This document shows, piece by piece, positions 1-7,896 of a stretch of DNA of 10,220 nucleotides. Origin of the DNA: Candidatus Thorarchaeota archaeon (GTDB taxonomy: Archaea; Asgardarchaeota; Thorarchaeia; Thorarchaeales; Thorarchaeaceae); contig JAEORO010000048.1 of NCBI GenBank assembly GCA_016840855.1, positions 1 to 10,220 on the forward strand, in the 5' to 3' direction. Made by a program: the position numbers and the translations under genes. Position 1 is the stretch's first letter. The number at the start of each line of letters is the position of its first letter. The notes under the pieces were generated by a model. The model searched no databases and was not told the DNA's origin. It was given only the letters and a program-made list of their open reading frames with translations.

Positions 1-136
1 AGCTCTTGAAGTACCCACAGTTGTCACTGTAGGCATTCATTATGATAATGCTAGCAGGACTGAGATTGAGGAAATCATTTCAGTCGTGAATGCTCTTGTG
101 GACGAGATTATAGCGCACTATCAAAAGGCTGAATAG
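1..136 (+). CDS. 3' part of an LpdD-like (prenylated-flavin chaperone / PAC4-like fold) protein, truncated by the window edge
   Basis: The frame starting at base 2 reads ALEVPTVVTVGIHYDNASRTEIEEIISVVNALVDEIIAHYQKAE* with TAG at 134-136. The VVTVGIHxDxAxxxEI motif is typical of the LpdD family (recognised from memory). Confidence 0.6.
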   Translation, partial: ALEVPTVVTVGIHYDNASRTEIEEIISVVNALVDEIIAHYQKAE

Positions 137-168
137 CAATCTTACTTTCAATTAAACTGGTTAGATAT

Positions 169-450
169 TTGAATGTGAGGTTCAAGTCTTTTGGGCCCGT
201 ACGTAGGCTCTTGAAAGAAAAGGTCATCGATGTTGAGGTTCCCCATGACTCAACGGTTCGACAAGTTGTCAATAGAGTTATTGAGATAGGCGGAAAAGAG
301 CTCAAGAATCTTATAATACATGATGATGACATCAGTGGCAATCTAATTGTGATGCTAAATAAGAAGGATGTTGAAACGTTGGGCGGTATTGATATAGTCG
401 TTCATGATGGTGATGAGGTTGCTATTCTTCCTCACGTCCAAGGCGGTTAG
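169..450 (+). CDS. MoaD/ThiS-family ubiquitin-like small archaeal modifier (SAMP-like sulfur carrier)
   Basis: 93 aa with a TTG start, a beta-grasp pattern (VRFKSFG...IVMLN...DGDEVAILPHVQGG) and a C-terminal di-glycine. Confidence 0.92.
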   Translation: MNVRFKSFGPVRRLLKEKVIDVEVPHDSTVRQVVNRVIEIGGKELKNLIIHDDDISGNLIVMLNKKDVETLGGIDIVVHDGDEVAILPHVQGG

Positions 451-461
451 GTGTTGTGAAT

Positions 462-1757
462 ATGGGTCTCAAATATTACCTTGAAACGTATGGTTGTTCA
501 CTAAACGCAGCAGATTCTGATATCATTGTAGGGCGTCTTGAGGCTATCGAAGGAAGGCGAGTCAAAAACATTAGTGATGCCGAACTGATACTACTGAATA
601 CGTGTGGTGTAAAGGAACCCACTGAGGATAAAATCATCCATAGACTTGAGGAATTAGCACATGAAACCACTCCAATTGTGGTGACTGGATGCCTCCCAAA
701 GATATCTCTTGAACGAGTTGAGAATGCAATTCCAGGATTTGCTGCATTGTTGGGACCACAATCCATCGAAACATTAGCATCAATTATTCCTCGTATTCTT
801 GAGGGTGAGAGAGGAATTCAACACATCGAATCTGACGGTACTTACAAACTGAAATGGTTTGCTGGACCCCCTGATAGTGTGATTTGCACCATTCCCATCT
901 GTGAGGGATGTCTAGGAAGCTGTGCTTATTGTGCAGTGAAATTTGCGCGGGGGAAGGTCAGAAGTTACTCAATTGAGGATATCCACCAAATTATAGAACG
1001 TTGTGTCCATCTTGGCTATCGAGAAATCAGACTGACGTCACAGGATGCTGCTGTATATGGAAGCGACACCGGAGAAACACTAGCAAATCTCATGAGATCC
1101 ATAGGCAGCATTGACGGACCACATAGATACAGATTAGGGATGTTCAATCCTAACATTGTGATGAACTCGATAAATGACTTGATAGAATCAATGGACAACG
1201 AGCACTTTTTCAAGTTCTTCCACATTCCTCTCCAATCCGGAAGTGACCGACTTCTGAAAACAATGAAGCGTCGTTATATCGTTAATGAATGGGAAAGCGT
1301 GGTTCAGAGAGTCCGGAAACGATTCAAGAATGCAACGATTGCTACGGACATCATAGTTGGATTTCCTGGTGAAACTGAAACTGATTTTGAACAAACCTTA
1401 GATCTGATTAGACGCGTAAAACCTTCAGTCACCAACATCTCAAAGTATGGCGACAGACCCAATACCTTGGCTTCAAGATCAAAGGATAAAGTGGAAACCT
1501 CCTTGAAGAAACAGCGAAGTAGAATTTTGACAAAGCTTGTAGACGAAATCCTTGTAGAGTCCAATGAAGAATGGATTGGATGGGTTGGTCCAGTCATAAT
1601 CACCGAAGAGGGCTCCAAGGGTGGTATGCTCGGACGTAACGAGTCTTACAAGACAGTGATTGTTCATGGGAATTTGAGTCCAGGAACTATAGTCGATGTG
1701 GAGATTACATCATCAGCGCGAACGCATCTGAATGGTGAGGTCAGGTCCGATGCTTAA
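462..1757 (+). CDS. mtaB: Radical SAM tRNA methylthiotransferase, MiaB-like family, most likely archaeal e-MtaB (t6A37 C2-methylthiotransferase)
   Basis: UPF0004 domain Cys motifs (ETYGCSLN, NTCGVK, TGC), the CxxxCxxC motif GCLGSCAYC, HIPLQSGSD, TDIIVGFPGET and a C-terminal TRAM domain. ATG at 462, alternative GTG at 456. Confidence 0.9.
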   Translation: MGLKYYLETYGCSLNAADSDIIVGRLEAIEGRRVKNISDAELILLNTCGVKEPTEDKIIHRLEELAHETTPIVVTGCLPKISLERVENAIPGFAALLGPQSIETLASIIPRILEGERGIQHIESDGTYKLKWFAGPPDSVICTIPICEGCLGSCAYCAVKFARGKVRSYSIEDIHQIIERCVHLGYREIRLTSQDAAVYGSDTGETLANLMRSIGSIDGPHRYRLGMFNPNIVMNSINDLIESMDNEHFFKFFHIPLQSGSDRLLKTMKRRYIVNEWESVVQRVRKRFKNATIATDIIVGFPGETETDFEQTLDLIRRVKPSVTNISKYGDRPNTLASRSKDKVETSLKKQRSRILTKLVDEILVESNEEWIGWVGPVIITEEGSKGGMLGRNESYKTVIVHGNLSPGTIVDVEITSSARTHLNGEVRSDA

Positions 1758-2763
1758 TCTCTATGTCAATGACCTTTCCTGATTCAGCACTCTTTCTTGA
1801 AGCCTCAACAATCTCCAAAGCACAGATAGCATCATCAATACTTACCTTCGGGGTTTCTCCTGTCTTGATACATCTCAGGAAGTCGTTGAGTACTTCTCTT
1901 ACAGGTTCGCCGTAGACCTTTATCGTAGCACCTCTCTCTGGAAGGCTTATTGTGTCGCCTTTCGCTATCGGAACTTGATCTAGGTGTTGTACCTTGATTA
2001 TTTGACTGAACAAGTCCAGTACTAATGCTCCTTTTGTGCCTGAAACATCCATGTACCGTCGGCGTCCAGCGTACTGTCTGGAGAGATGGAAGAAGTGCTC
2101 TGTTCCTGAATCAAACTTCACCATGATAGTTCCACTGTTGTGAATGCCGCCCATAGTGTTACTCTGAGCATAGAGCCTTGCTGGTCCATGACTTATTCTT
2201 GCCATAATGTCAAAGTCATGGACTCCAATATCTTCGAAGACATCACCAAGCGATGGAATCCTCTCAGGTGCTACAAATCCCCGTCTATCGTGAATCACAG
2301 TTCGAGGTGTCCCAATTGCATCAGTTTCAATGAGAGAGAGGGCTTTTCCAACAATAGGATTATAGATCTCTGAGTGAGAGATAAGGGTGACAATTCCTCG
2401 CTCCTTCAATATCACTGCAACCCTCTTTCCGTCTTCCAGCGTACTTGCCAGCGGCTTTTCAATCAGAATTCCTTTGATCCCATCATAGCTTGTGGCTATG
2501 GTATGAGCGATAGTGGCATGAGTGGCGGTGGGTGTGGCAATAACTACACCTTCTGGGTTTGTTTCATCAAGCATACTCTCGAAGTCAGTGAATGCAATCG
2601 TGTTATGATCCTTAGCCACACGTTCAACAGTGGTCTTGTCCTTGTCAGCCACTCCTACTAGAACTCCCATGTCACTAAGAATACGTGCATGTATACGACC
2701 CATATTACCTGTTCCAATAATTACTATCCTTCGAGATGACGTTATTAACCACTCCTGATGCAT
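1741..2763 (-). CDS. Gfo/Idh/MocA family NAD(P)-dependent oxidoreductase
   Basis: Rossmann motif IIGTGNMG, ATPTATH, IEKP and DIGVHDFD motifs. It overlaps the 3' end of the methylthiotransferase convergently by 17 bp. The start is uncertain. Confidence 0.92.
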   Translation of the reverse strand: MHQEWLITSSRRIVIIGTGNMGRIHARILSDMGVLVGVADKDKTTVERVAKDHNTIAFTDFESMLDETNPEGVVIATPTATHATIAHTIATSYDGIKGILIEKPLASTLEDGKRVAVILKERGIVTLISHSEIYNPIVGKALSLIETDAIGTPRTVIHDRRGFVAPERIPSLGDVFEDIGVHDFDIMARISHGPARLYAQSNTMGGIHNSGTIMVKFDSGTEHFFHLSRQYAGRRRYMDVSGTKGALVLDLFSQIIKVQHLDQVPIAKGDTISLPERGATIKVYGEPVREVLNDFLRCIKTGETPKVSIDDAICALEIVEASRKSAESGKVIDIEIKHRT

Positions 2764-2896
2764 TCAGGCTCTTCGCGTTCGTTTTGGCCTTTATACATTA
2801 CCATAGTTCCCCGCGTGTAATGAGAATGCAAGATTTTAGTAACTTCATGTTGAAAAAGCGGCGATTCTTATCATGACGGTCTTATATTGACTCAAC

Positions 2897-3076
2897 TGGA
2901 TTGATGTATGAATCCAAGATTCACACACACACCTTCAGGGACTCGCTAAAAAGACAATACTGGTCTTGGATCACAATGCCGCGCTGAGTCCCATTACACT
3001 TCAGAAGACAACTCCCTCCCTCGGACCCACCTCGCGCAAGCGGTGCGATTTGCCTCGTCGCACCCGGGGTGGGTCC
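2897..3076. ncRNA. Candidate structured non-coding element (unassigned ncRNA or non-autonomous mobile-element end)
   Basis: 12-bp stem GGACCCACCTCG (3023-3034) / CGGGGTGGGTCC (3065-3076) encloses a 7-bp hairpin GGTGCGA/TCGCACC. A second domain GGGACTC (2938-2944) / GAGTCCC (2986-2992) encloses AAGAC/GTCTT. Small hairpins lie at 2897-2923. Confidence 0.4.
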
Positions 3077-3084
3077 CTATACAA

Positions 3085-3217
3085 CCTCATCGATGACCAA
3101 GAGTCAAAGCCTGAGTCTAAAGAACACTACACCCTTTGTCGCTGTGGTGCATCCAAGAATAAACCGTTCTGTGATAATAGTCACAAAAAGATAGAATTCA
3201 AGGATGACAAGAATTAG
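3085..3217 (+). pseudogene. C-terminal CDGSH iron-sulfur domain fragment (within ORF 2966-3217, whose N-terminal half is probably not real)
   Basis: LIDDQESKPESKEHYTLCRCGASKNKPFCDNSH matches the CDGSH [2Fe-2S] motif. The upstream in-frame sequence coincides with the GC-rich hairpin and has no convincing start. Confidence 0.6.
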
Positions 3218-3441
3218 AACTCTGCTTTAGGCGTGATTTCTTGCAACTCAGGGTTGAGCGGCCGCTGTACACAAGTTCATAAGGAAACCTTCTGAGAAAC
3301 CTATTGCAGGTACACGAAAAGCGAGCAGCGTTTTCAATCGTAGGAATTATCGAGAGTTCTTTTTCAGGCATCGTAAATTTCGTAGAGAGATACTATACTA
3401 GTTTTGACGACTTGCATATCGCATTTAGCGAGTGAACAACA

Positions 3442-3978
3442 ATGGGTTATGAAGAACGTGAGCCAATTGAGGCTACAGTGGCTGAATTAAAGCCACGAAT
3501 GAAGAATGTCACCATTTCCTTCAAGGTGATTAGTATGGGCGAAGAGCGAGAGATTGAATCCCGTCAAGATGGATCATCTCATCGTGTCTGTGATATCACT
3601 GTTGGTGATGAAAGCGGAACTGTTCAGGTTCCACTTTGGGATGAAACTATTGATAGCATTGAAGAAGGTGCTACCTACAATCTAACCAATGGATACACAG
3701 GACTTTTCCGAGGAAACTTACGACTAAATGTTGGTAGGTATGGTAAACTCGAGCAATCTGAAGAAAGCATCGAAGATGTCAATATGACCGTTGATATGTC
3801 CGCTGAAGAACACGAAGATGACCGACCCCGCAGGAGCTACGGCGGTGGTGGTCGAGGTGGCAGCGGTGGATATGGCGGCGGTGGCCGACGCAGTGGCGGA
3901 TATGGCGGCGGTGGCGGTAGTGGTGGATATGGTGGTCGTGATCGCCGTGGTGGCGGTGGCGGCGGCCGTAGATACTAG
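3442..3978 (+). CDS. ssb: Single-stranded DNA-binding protein, crenarchaeal-type single OB fold with Gly/Arg-rich tail
   Basis: VAELKPRMKNVTISFKV...VGDESGTVQVPLWD...FRGNLRLNVG resembles the Sulfolobus-type SSB OB fold. The low-complexity C-terminus is rich in GGYG and RGG. Confidence 0.88.
   Translation: MGYEEREPIEATVAELKPRMKNVTISFKVISMGEEREIESRQDGSSHRVCDITVGDESGTVQVPLWDETIDSIEEGATYNLTNGYTGLFRGNLRLNVGRYGKLEQSEESIEDVNMTVDMSAEEHEDDRPRRSYGGGGRGGSGGYGGGGRRSGGYGGGGGSGGYGGRDRRGGGGGGRRY
3868..3915 (+). repeat. Coding tandem repeat with a 30-bp period in the ssb tail
   Basis: GGATATGGCGGCGGTGGC occurs at 3868-3885 and 3898-3915 and encodes GYGGGG. Confidence 0.75.
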
Positions 3979-4022
3979 ATACCTCTTTGAAAGTAATCTA
4001 AAACAGTAATAGCTGTTGAATT

Positions 4023-4062
4023 GTGGGCAATCATTATTGATTGCTCACCAATCCTTCTTTTT
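4023..4062 (+). terminator. Hairpin plus T-tract terminator after ssb
   Basis: GTGGGCAATCA-TTAT-TGATTGCTCAC (4023-4048, 11 bp including one G-U pair) is followed by CCTTCTTTTT. Confidence 0.65.
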
Positions 4063-4138
4063 GTGGTTAAAATCTAAAACAGATTCTTGTACTATTTCTA
4101 CTATATTCCTAAAGGTTAGAATATAATCCAAGAAATTG

Positions 4139-4161
4139 TGGTATGGAGGCAGAGATTCAGT
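4139..4161 (-). repeat. att-like copy R1 of the tRNA-Leu 3' end (most distal, most degenerate)
   Basis: TGGTATGGAGGCAGAGATTCAGT, 15/23 identical to 9518-9540 (15 of the first 19). Confidence 0.65.
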
Positions 4162-4214
4162 AATCCGGTACTTCTTTATCATATAGGGATTATAGTATAC
4201 ACGAGGTTTCTGAA

Positions 4215-4937
4215 TTGAAACGACTCCCTTTGGGACCTGTATTGGTCCTTCTTGGTGTATTTGGTGGAGGTCTTCTCTGGATTATCCTAATTGAGCTAAG
4301 GTTTTGGTACCTCATCACTGAGGTCTATAATGGTGGAGGTCCAGGAGAAGCAATATGGTCCCTTGACCCTCTCTTCACGATACTTGCTGCAATCCCAGGA
4401 ATAATTCTCGTTTTTGTTGGACTCATTGTTTCAGTCCAATCCCCACCCGAACACACAGAGGAAGTCAAACCCGAAATAAACTATCCTCAGTTGAATTTAT
4501 TCTATGTAGGAGAAATCTGTCTGCTTGTTACAATCGTTGTGAGCCTCATCGGTTTTCTTGGTGTTTCAAATCTTTTTGTTGAAGTAGTTAGAGTTTCTGC
4601 TATAATAATGGGGGTAATTGTGATAACATGCATAACCCACATGTTTTCTTTGGCCCTCTCGGGATCATTCAGTAAACTAGACTCATCAAGACTCTCAAGA
4701 AATACTGCAATACTATTGGCTGCAGAACTTGTGATACTCTTTTTAGTTGTCTTAACACTCCGATTATACACTTGGAGCTTTATCAGGACGACAACATTAG
4801 TGATTACATCATCCGGTTTCCTAGGACTCTTATTCATAACTCCAAGGTTTCTGAAGTTCGAAAGCAGGAATCGTGCGGAGGGCGAGATTCAACCATTGTG
4901 CTTAGACATGAGGATAAATAATGCGCAAATCAATTAG
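4215..4937 (+). CDS. Hypothetical multi-pass membrane protein (cassette 1)
   Basis: 240-aa ORF with about 6 hydrophobic segments. The TTG start is preceded by GAGGT. It reads through repeat R2. Confidence 0.75.
   Translation: MKRLPLGPVLVLLGVFGGGLLWIILIELRFWYLITEVYNGGGPGEAIWSLDPLFTILAAIPGIILVFVGLIVSVQSPPEHTEEVKPEINYPQLNLFYVGEICLLVTIVVSLIGFLGVSNLFVEVVRVSAIIMGVIVITCITHMFSLALSGSFSKLDSSRLSRNTAILLAAELVILFLVVLTLRLYTWSFIRTTTLVITSSGFLGLLFITPRFLKFESRNRAEGEIQPLCLDMRINNAQIN
4871..4893 (-). repeat. att-like copy R2
   Basis: TCGTGCGGAGGGCGAGATTCAAC, 19/23 identical, including a 17-nt exact run. Confidence 0.9.
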
Positions 4938-4968
4938 GTTGAGACTAGTGCCAAGAGGAAGATCGACG

Positions 4969-5520
4969 ATGAGTAGCAAGTCACAATCAATGCAGGAAAT
5001 CGAGGGAATCTTTCACAAACATGGATTTAATGACTACAAATGGATTCATCCAAAGGACATTGTAGTTGCCAACTGGGTACGCATGAAGTGTGTTTATGGA
5101 TGTCCCACATATGGAGAATGTGCATCCTGTCCACCTAATACCCCGTCTGTTTCAGAATGCAGAGATTTCTTTGATGAATATACAGAGATAGCAATTTTCC
5201 ACTTTCCGATAGAAGTGGACAAACCAGAGAATCGACACGATATAGTGACTGAAACTGACAGGAGGCTTCTTGGGTTGGAAAAGGAAGTATTTCTCTCAGG
5301 AAATGAAAAGACGTTTCTTCTGTTTGCTGGTAACTGTAAACTTTGTACGGAGTGCGTCAGCTCCAGAGTAGACTGTAAACACCCAAAACTCTCCCGTCCC
5401 ACCTCAGAAGCACTAGCTATAGATGTTTTTTCAACCGCTCGCGCTGTAGGCTATCCAATTAATGTCTTGCAGGATTATAATGAAACCATGAACAGATACG
5501 CTTTCCTCTTGGTGAGATAA
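4969..5520 (+). CDS. DUF2284-family predicted metal-binding protein (cassette 2)
   Basis: WVRMKCVYGCPTYGECASCPP, GNCKLCTEC, CKHP..RPTSEALAIDV. The ATG at 4969 with upstream GAGGA is preferred over 4921. Confidence 0.85.
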   Translation: MSSKSQSMQEIEGIFHKHGFNDYKWIHPKDIVVANWVRMKCVYGCPTYGECASCPPNTPSVSECRDFFDEYTEIAIFHFPIEVDKPENRHDIVTETDRRLLGLEKEVFLSGNEKTFLLFAGNCKLCTECVSSRVDCKHPKLSRPTSEALAIDVFSTARAVGYPINVLQDYNETMNRYAFLLVR

Positions 5521-5531
5521 TCTAAAAGTTA

Positions 5532-5554
5532 TGGCGCAGAGGGTGAGATTTAGT
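5532..5554 (-). repeat. att-like copy R3
   Basis: TGGCGCAGAGGGTGAGATTTAGT, 17/23 identical (17 of the first 20), 11 nt after the DUF2284 stop. Confidence 0.82.
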
Positions 5555-5570
5555 AGTTGAAGTAGTCAAT

Positions 5571-5583
5571 GAAAATTTAATAC
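5571..5583 (+). promoter_or_regulatory. Putative BRE/TATA promoter of the cupin cassette
   Basis: GAAAATTTAATAC lies about 30-40 nt upstream of ATG 5615. Confidence 0.45.
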
Positions 5584-5614
5584 TCTGATACGCGATTTGG
5601 CAATTGTGAGAATA

Positions 5615-5950
5615 ATGGATGCTGAACCATATCCTGATTGTATCAGGAACCTACCAAAAGCTAAGATTCCACTCCAAGGAGTTCAAGCGTGGATTGCTCA
5701 AGGCGACGCTGTTCAGATTGCCTTTTTTGAGATTGAGCCAATTGGAGTTGTGCCTCCGCATAGCCACAGCGCACAATATGGATTTGTCATTGAAGGCGAG
5801 ATGTTGCTGACAATCCATGATGAAACAAAACTCTACAAGAGAGGTGACTCATACTACATTCCCGAAGGAGTCATCCACTCAGCTGAATTCAAGACTTTCT
5901 TTAGAGCAATGGATTTCTTTGCTGAGCATGGAAGGTACGAAACTGAATAG
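5615..5950 (+). CDS. Cupin-2 domain protein (cassette 3)
   Basis: VPPHSH...QYGFVIEG...GDSYYIPEGVIHSA cupin motifs. ATG at 5615, alternative TTG at 5597. Confidence 0.9.
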   Translation: MDAEPYPDCIRNLPKAKIPLQGVQAWIAQGDAVQIAFFEIEPIGVVPPHSHSAQYGFVIEGEMLLTIHDETKLYKRGDSYYIPEGVIHSAEFKTFFRAMDFFAEHGRYETE

Positions 5951-5978
5951 ACCACATGACTCCTCTGACGTTTGAAGA

Positions 5979-6001
5979 AGGTGTGGAGGGCAAGATTCGT
6001 A
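5979..6001 (-). repeat. att-like copy R4
   Basis: AGGTGTGGAGGGCAAGATTCGTA, 18/23 identical. Confidence 0.8.
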
Positions 6002-6034
6002 GAAAATTCACTCTAGAAACTACGCAACATCTGT

Positions 6035-6047
6035 AAAGATTTAATAC
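6035..6047 (+). promoter_or_regulatory. Putative BRE/TATA promoter of cassette 4
   Basis: AAAGATTTAATAC lies about 35 nt upstream of GTG 6080 and has the same TTTAATAC core as at 5576. Confidence 0.45.
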
Positions 6048-6079
6048 ATTCTGCTGGCTGAATTATCTCGTGGGTATTC

Positions 6080-7201
6080 GTGGAACTTCTAAAGTTTCTA
6101 GACAAGAAGCTAATTGTAGTGAACATTGCTAAACTAGCTTTTGTCTTTCTTTTGCCAGTTCAATTCGATATGTCCATCGGAACAGACGGAACAAGTTATG
6201 GAATATCCAGTCAGAGTTACATCATTATAACAGGGACTGTATCTTCGTCATTCGCGATATTTCGATGGATAATAGTACGATACCCTATATCGTTGATTTT
6301 GGCTCTAGTAGCTATAATTTTCACTATTAGGTTACATCAACTCCATGGAAAATCATATCCAATCAGGTCTGCGTCTGCAGTAGGTCTTTTACTATCAATT
6401 ATACCGATTTACTATTTCATCCAATTCTTCTTGGTAAGTAACCTGTATTGGTTTGATATCATGACGACTGCACCAGTATCAATTGGTTTTTGCAGTAGTC
6501 TAATTCTTATCTTTGTTATTCTTCCTTCGATAAGTTGGTACTCTGATTCAGTATCTGCAGATAGGTCTATCCCGAAGAGAGAAGATGATCAAGAGGATGC
6601 AGAAAAGAAAAGAACGACTCTTACTCCGAAGATGAGTAGTTATCTGATGCTCCTTGCTGCATTTCTTCTTCCTGGAATGATTCTGTTACAAATCTCTGGT
6701 CCAAATCAGATTATTAGGCTCATAGGATTTCTTCTGCAATTCAGTTTTGGTTTCTCTACAGACTTCTCTCAGCTGGGACTGGCGTATACTCTTCAAGATA
6801 TTACTTCATGGGACTTTTTTGGAGTTTCTATTGTTTGCTGTTCTGCAAGTCTTGTCTTTGCATGGACCGTTATGAGGTATGTTCATGGTATGGGTACAAA
6901 GAAACTTGCGATTTTGGTTGGACTTCTTTCCGAAATACCTCCAATTCTATACGCAATAGGCGGACATGCTTATCGGTCAGTCTTGCTAATTCTTCCGCTT
7001 CCTGTAGTTCTTATCATCGGATTACTGGTATTGCGATTTGCTAAAGCAATTGAACCGAGTAGAAAAAGCTCAGAACTAGATCAGTCTGTGATTAAGGTGC
7101 CTTTGAAATTTCGGATGAAATCGCTTTTGTATATGCGACATAAGAAATCAGATGAAACTCCAACAGAGCGCAGCGATGCGAGTGATGAAGAAGCGCACTA
7201 A
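6080..7201 (+). CDS. Hypothetical multi-pass membrane protein (cassette 4)
   Basis: 373-aa ORF with two hydrophobic halves of about 4 TM segments each, separated by a charged linker, and a charged C-terminal tail. Confidence 0.8.
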   Translation: MELLKFLDKKLIVVNIAKLAFVFLLPVQFDMSIGTDGTSYGISSQSYIIITGTVSSSFAIFRWIIVRYPISLILALVAIIFTIRLHQLHGKSYPIRSASAVGLLLSIIPIYYFIQFFLVSNLYWFDIMTTAPVSIGFCSSLILIFVILPSISWYSDSVSADRSIPKREDDQEDAEKKRTTLTPKMSSYLMLLAAFLLPGMILLQISGPNQIIRLIGFLLQFSFGFSTDFSQLGLAYTLQDITSWDFFGVSIVCCSASLVFAWTVMRYVHGMGTKKLAILVGLLSEIPPILYAIGGHAYRSVLLILPLPVVLIIGLLVLRFAKAIEPSRKSSELDQSVIKVPLKFRMKSLLYMRHKKSDETPTERSDASDEEAH

Positions 7202-7286
7202 CTGACAGGAAATCATACCGGTAGACATCATCAGGGCATTTTACTGAGAGTATTAGAATTATGGTGGATGCGATACTAATTCAATG

Positions 7287-7309
7287 TGGTGCGGAGGGCG
7301 AGATTTGAT
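7287..7309 (-). repeat. att-like copy R5
   Basis: TGGTGCGGAGGGCGAGATTTGAT, 22/23 identical. Confidence 0.95.
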
Positions 7310-7337
7310 ATGGGAGTATAACGTATGTGATTATCTG

Positions 7338-7793
7338 ATGGCAGATCACAACTATTCATACATTTGCAAAGAATGTGGCGGATACTGTTGTACACTAGGA
7401 GGAACTCTTGCGACAAAGTTGGAAGTAGACAGAGTCATTGAAGCTGGATATCCGAATAAGTTCATTGAAATTATGGAGAACTGTTATGTTACAGATTTTG
7501 GAAAAGACCTGATTTGTCCTTATCTTAAAGAATCCACCTGTGAAATTTATCCTGTACGCCCCTTAATTTGTAGGAAATATCCGATTTTCTCAACAGATGG
7601 GGAAGAACATTATTTGGTCCATTGTCCCCTGACTCAATACCTTTCAAAGAATGATTTTGCTCAATGTATTGAAGCTGCAATAGAAGTTTCTGAAGACCTA
7701 TATACATGTGCCCAGAGATTTATGGCTCCATTTGGCTCTGGAATTGATGAACGAATGCACAAATTCAAGATGGATAGAATTGAATTGGAATGA
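7338..7793 (+). CDS. YkgJ-family cysteine cluster (CxxCxxxCC, Zn/Fe-chelating) protein (cassette 5)
   Basis: CKECGGYCC...CPYL...CEIYPVRPLICRKYP. ATG 7338 is preferred because the 7284 start lies on the other side of repeat R5. Confidence 0.88.
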   Translation: MADHNYSYICKECGGYCCTLGGTLATKLEVDRVIEAGYPNKFIEIMENCYVTDFGKDLICPYLKESTCEIYPVRPLICRKYPIFSTDGEEHYLVHCPLTQYLSKNDFAQCIEAAIEVSEDLYTCAQRFMAPFGSGIDERMHKFKMDRIELE

Positions 7794-7802
7794 AAACGAT
7801 GG

Positions 7803-7825
7803 TGGTGCGGAGGGCGAGATTTGAG
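7803..7825 (-). repeat. att-like copy R6
   Basis: TGGTGCGGAGGGCGAGATTTGAG, 22/23 identical, 9 nt after the YkgJ stop. Confidence 0.95.
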
Positions 7826-7896
7826 CCCTAATGGCCATAGAAATGACTCATATGCAATACTTCACAATATCTCTACCTCGCGATGGAGGAACTTTG

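Noticed and set aside
2922-2932. (CA)n microsatellite
   Set aside because: Only about 5 units, too short to be meaningful.
3220-3239. Possible further degenerate repeat (CTCTGCTTTAGGCGTGATTT) just after the CDGSH stop
   Set aside because: Only 12/20 identical and it lies beyond the housekeeping ssb gene, so it is compatible with chance.
3240-3441. Riboswitch or structured leader upstream of ssb
   Set aside because: Only short weak stems were visible and no recognisable aptamer consensus.
7262-7276. TGGTGGATGCGATAC as an extra partial repeat before R5
   Set aside because: It needs several gaps to align and is too short to support.
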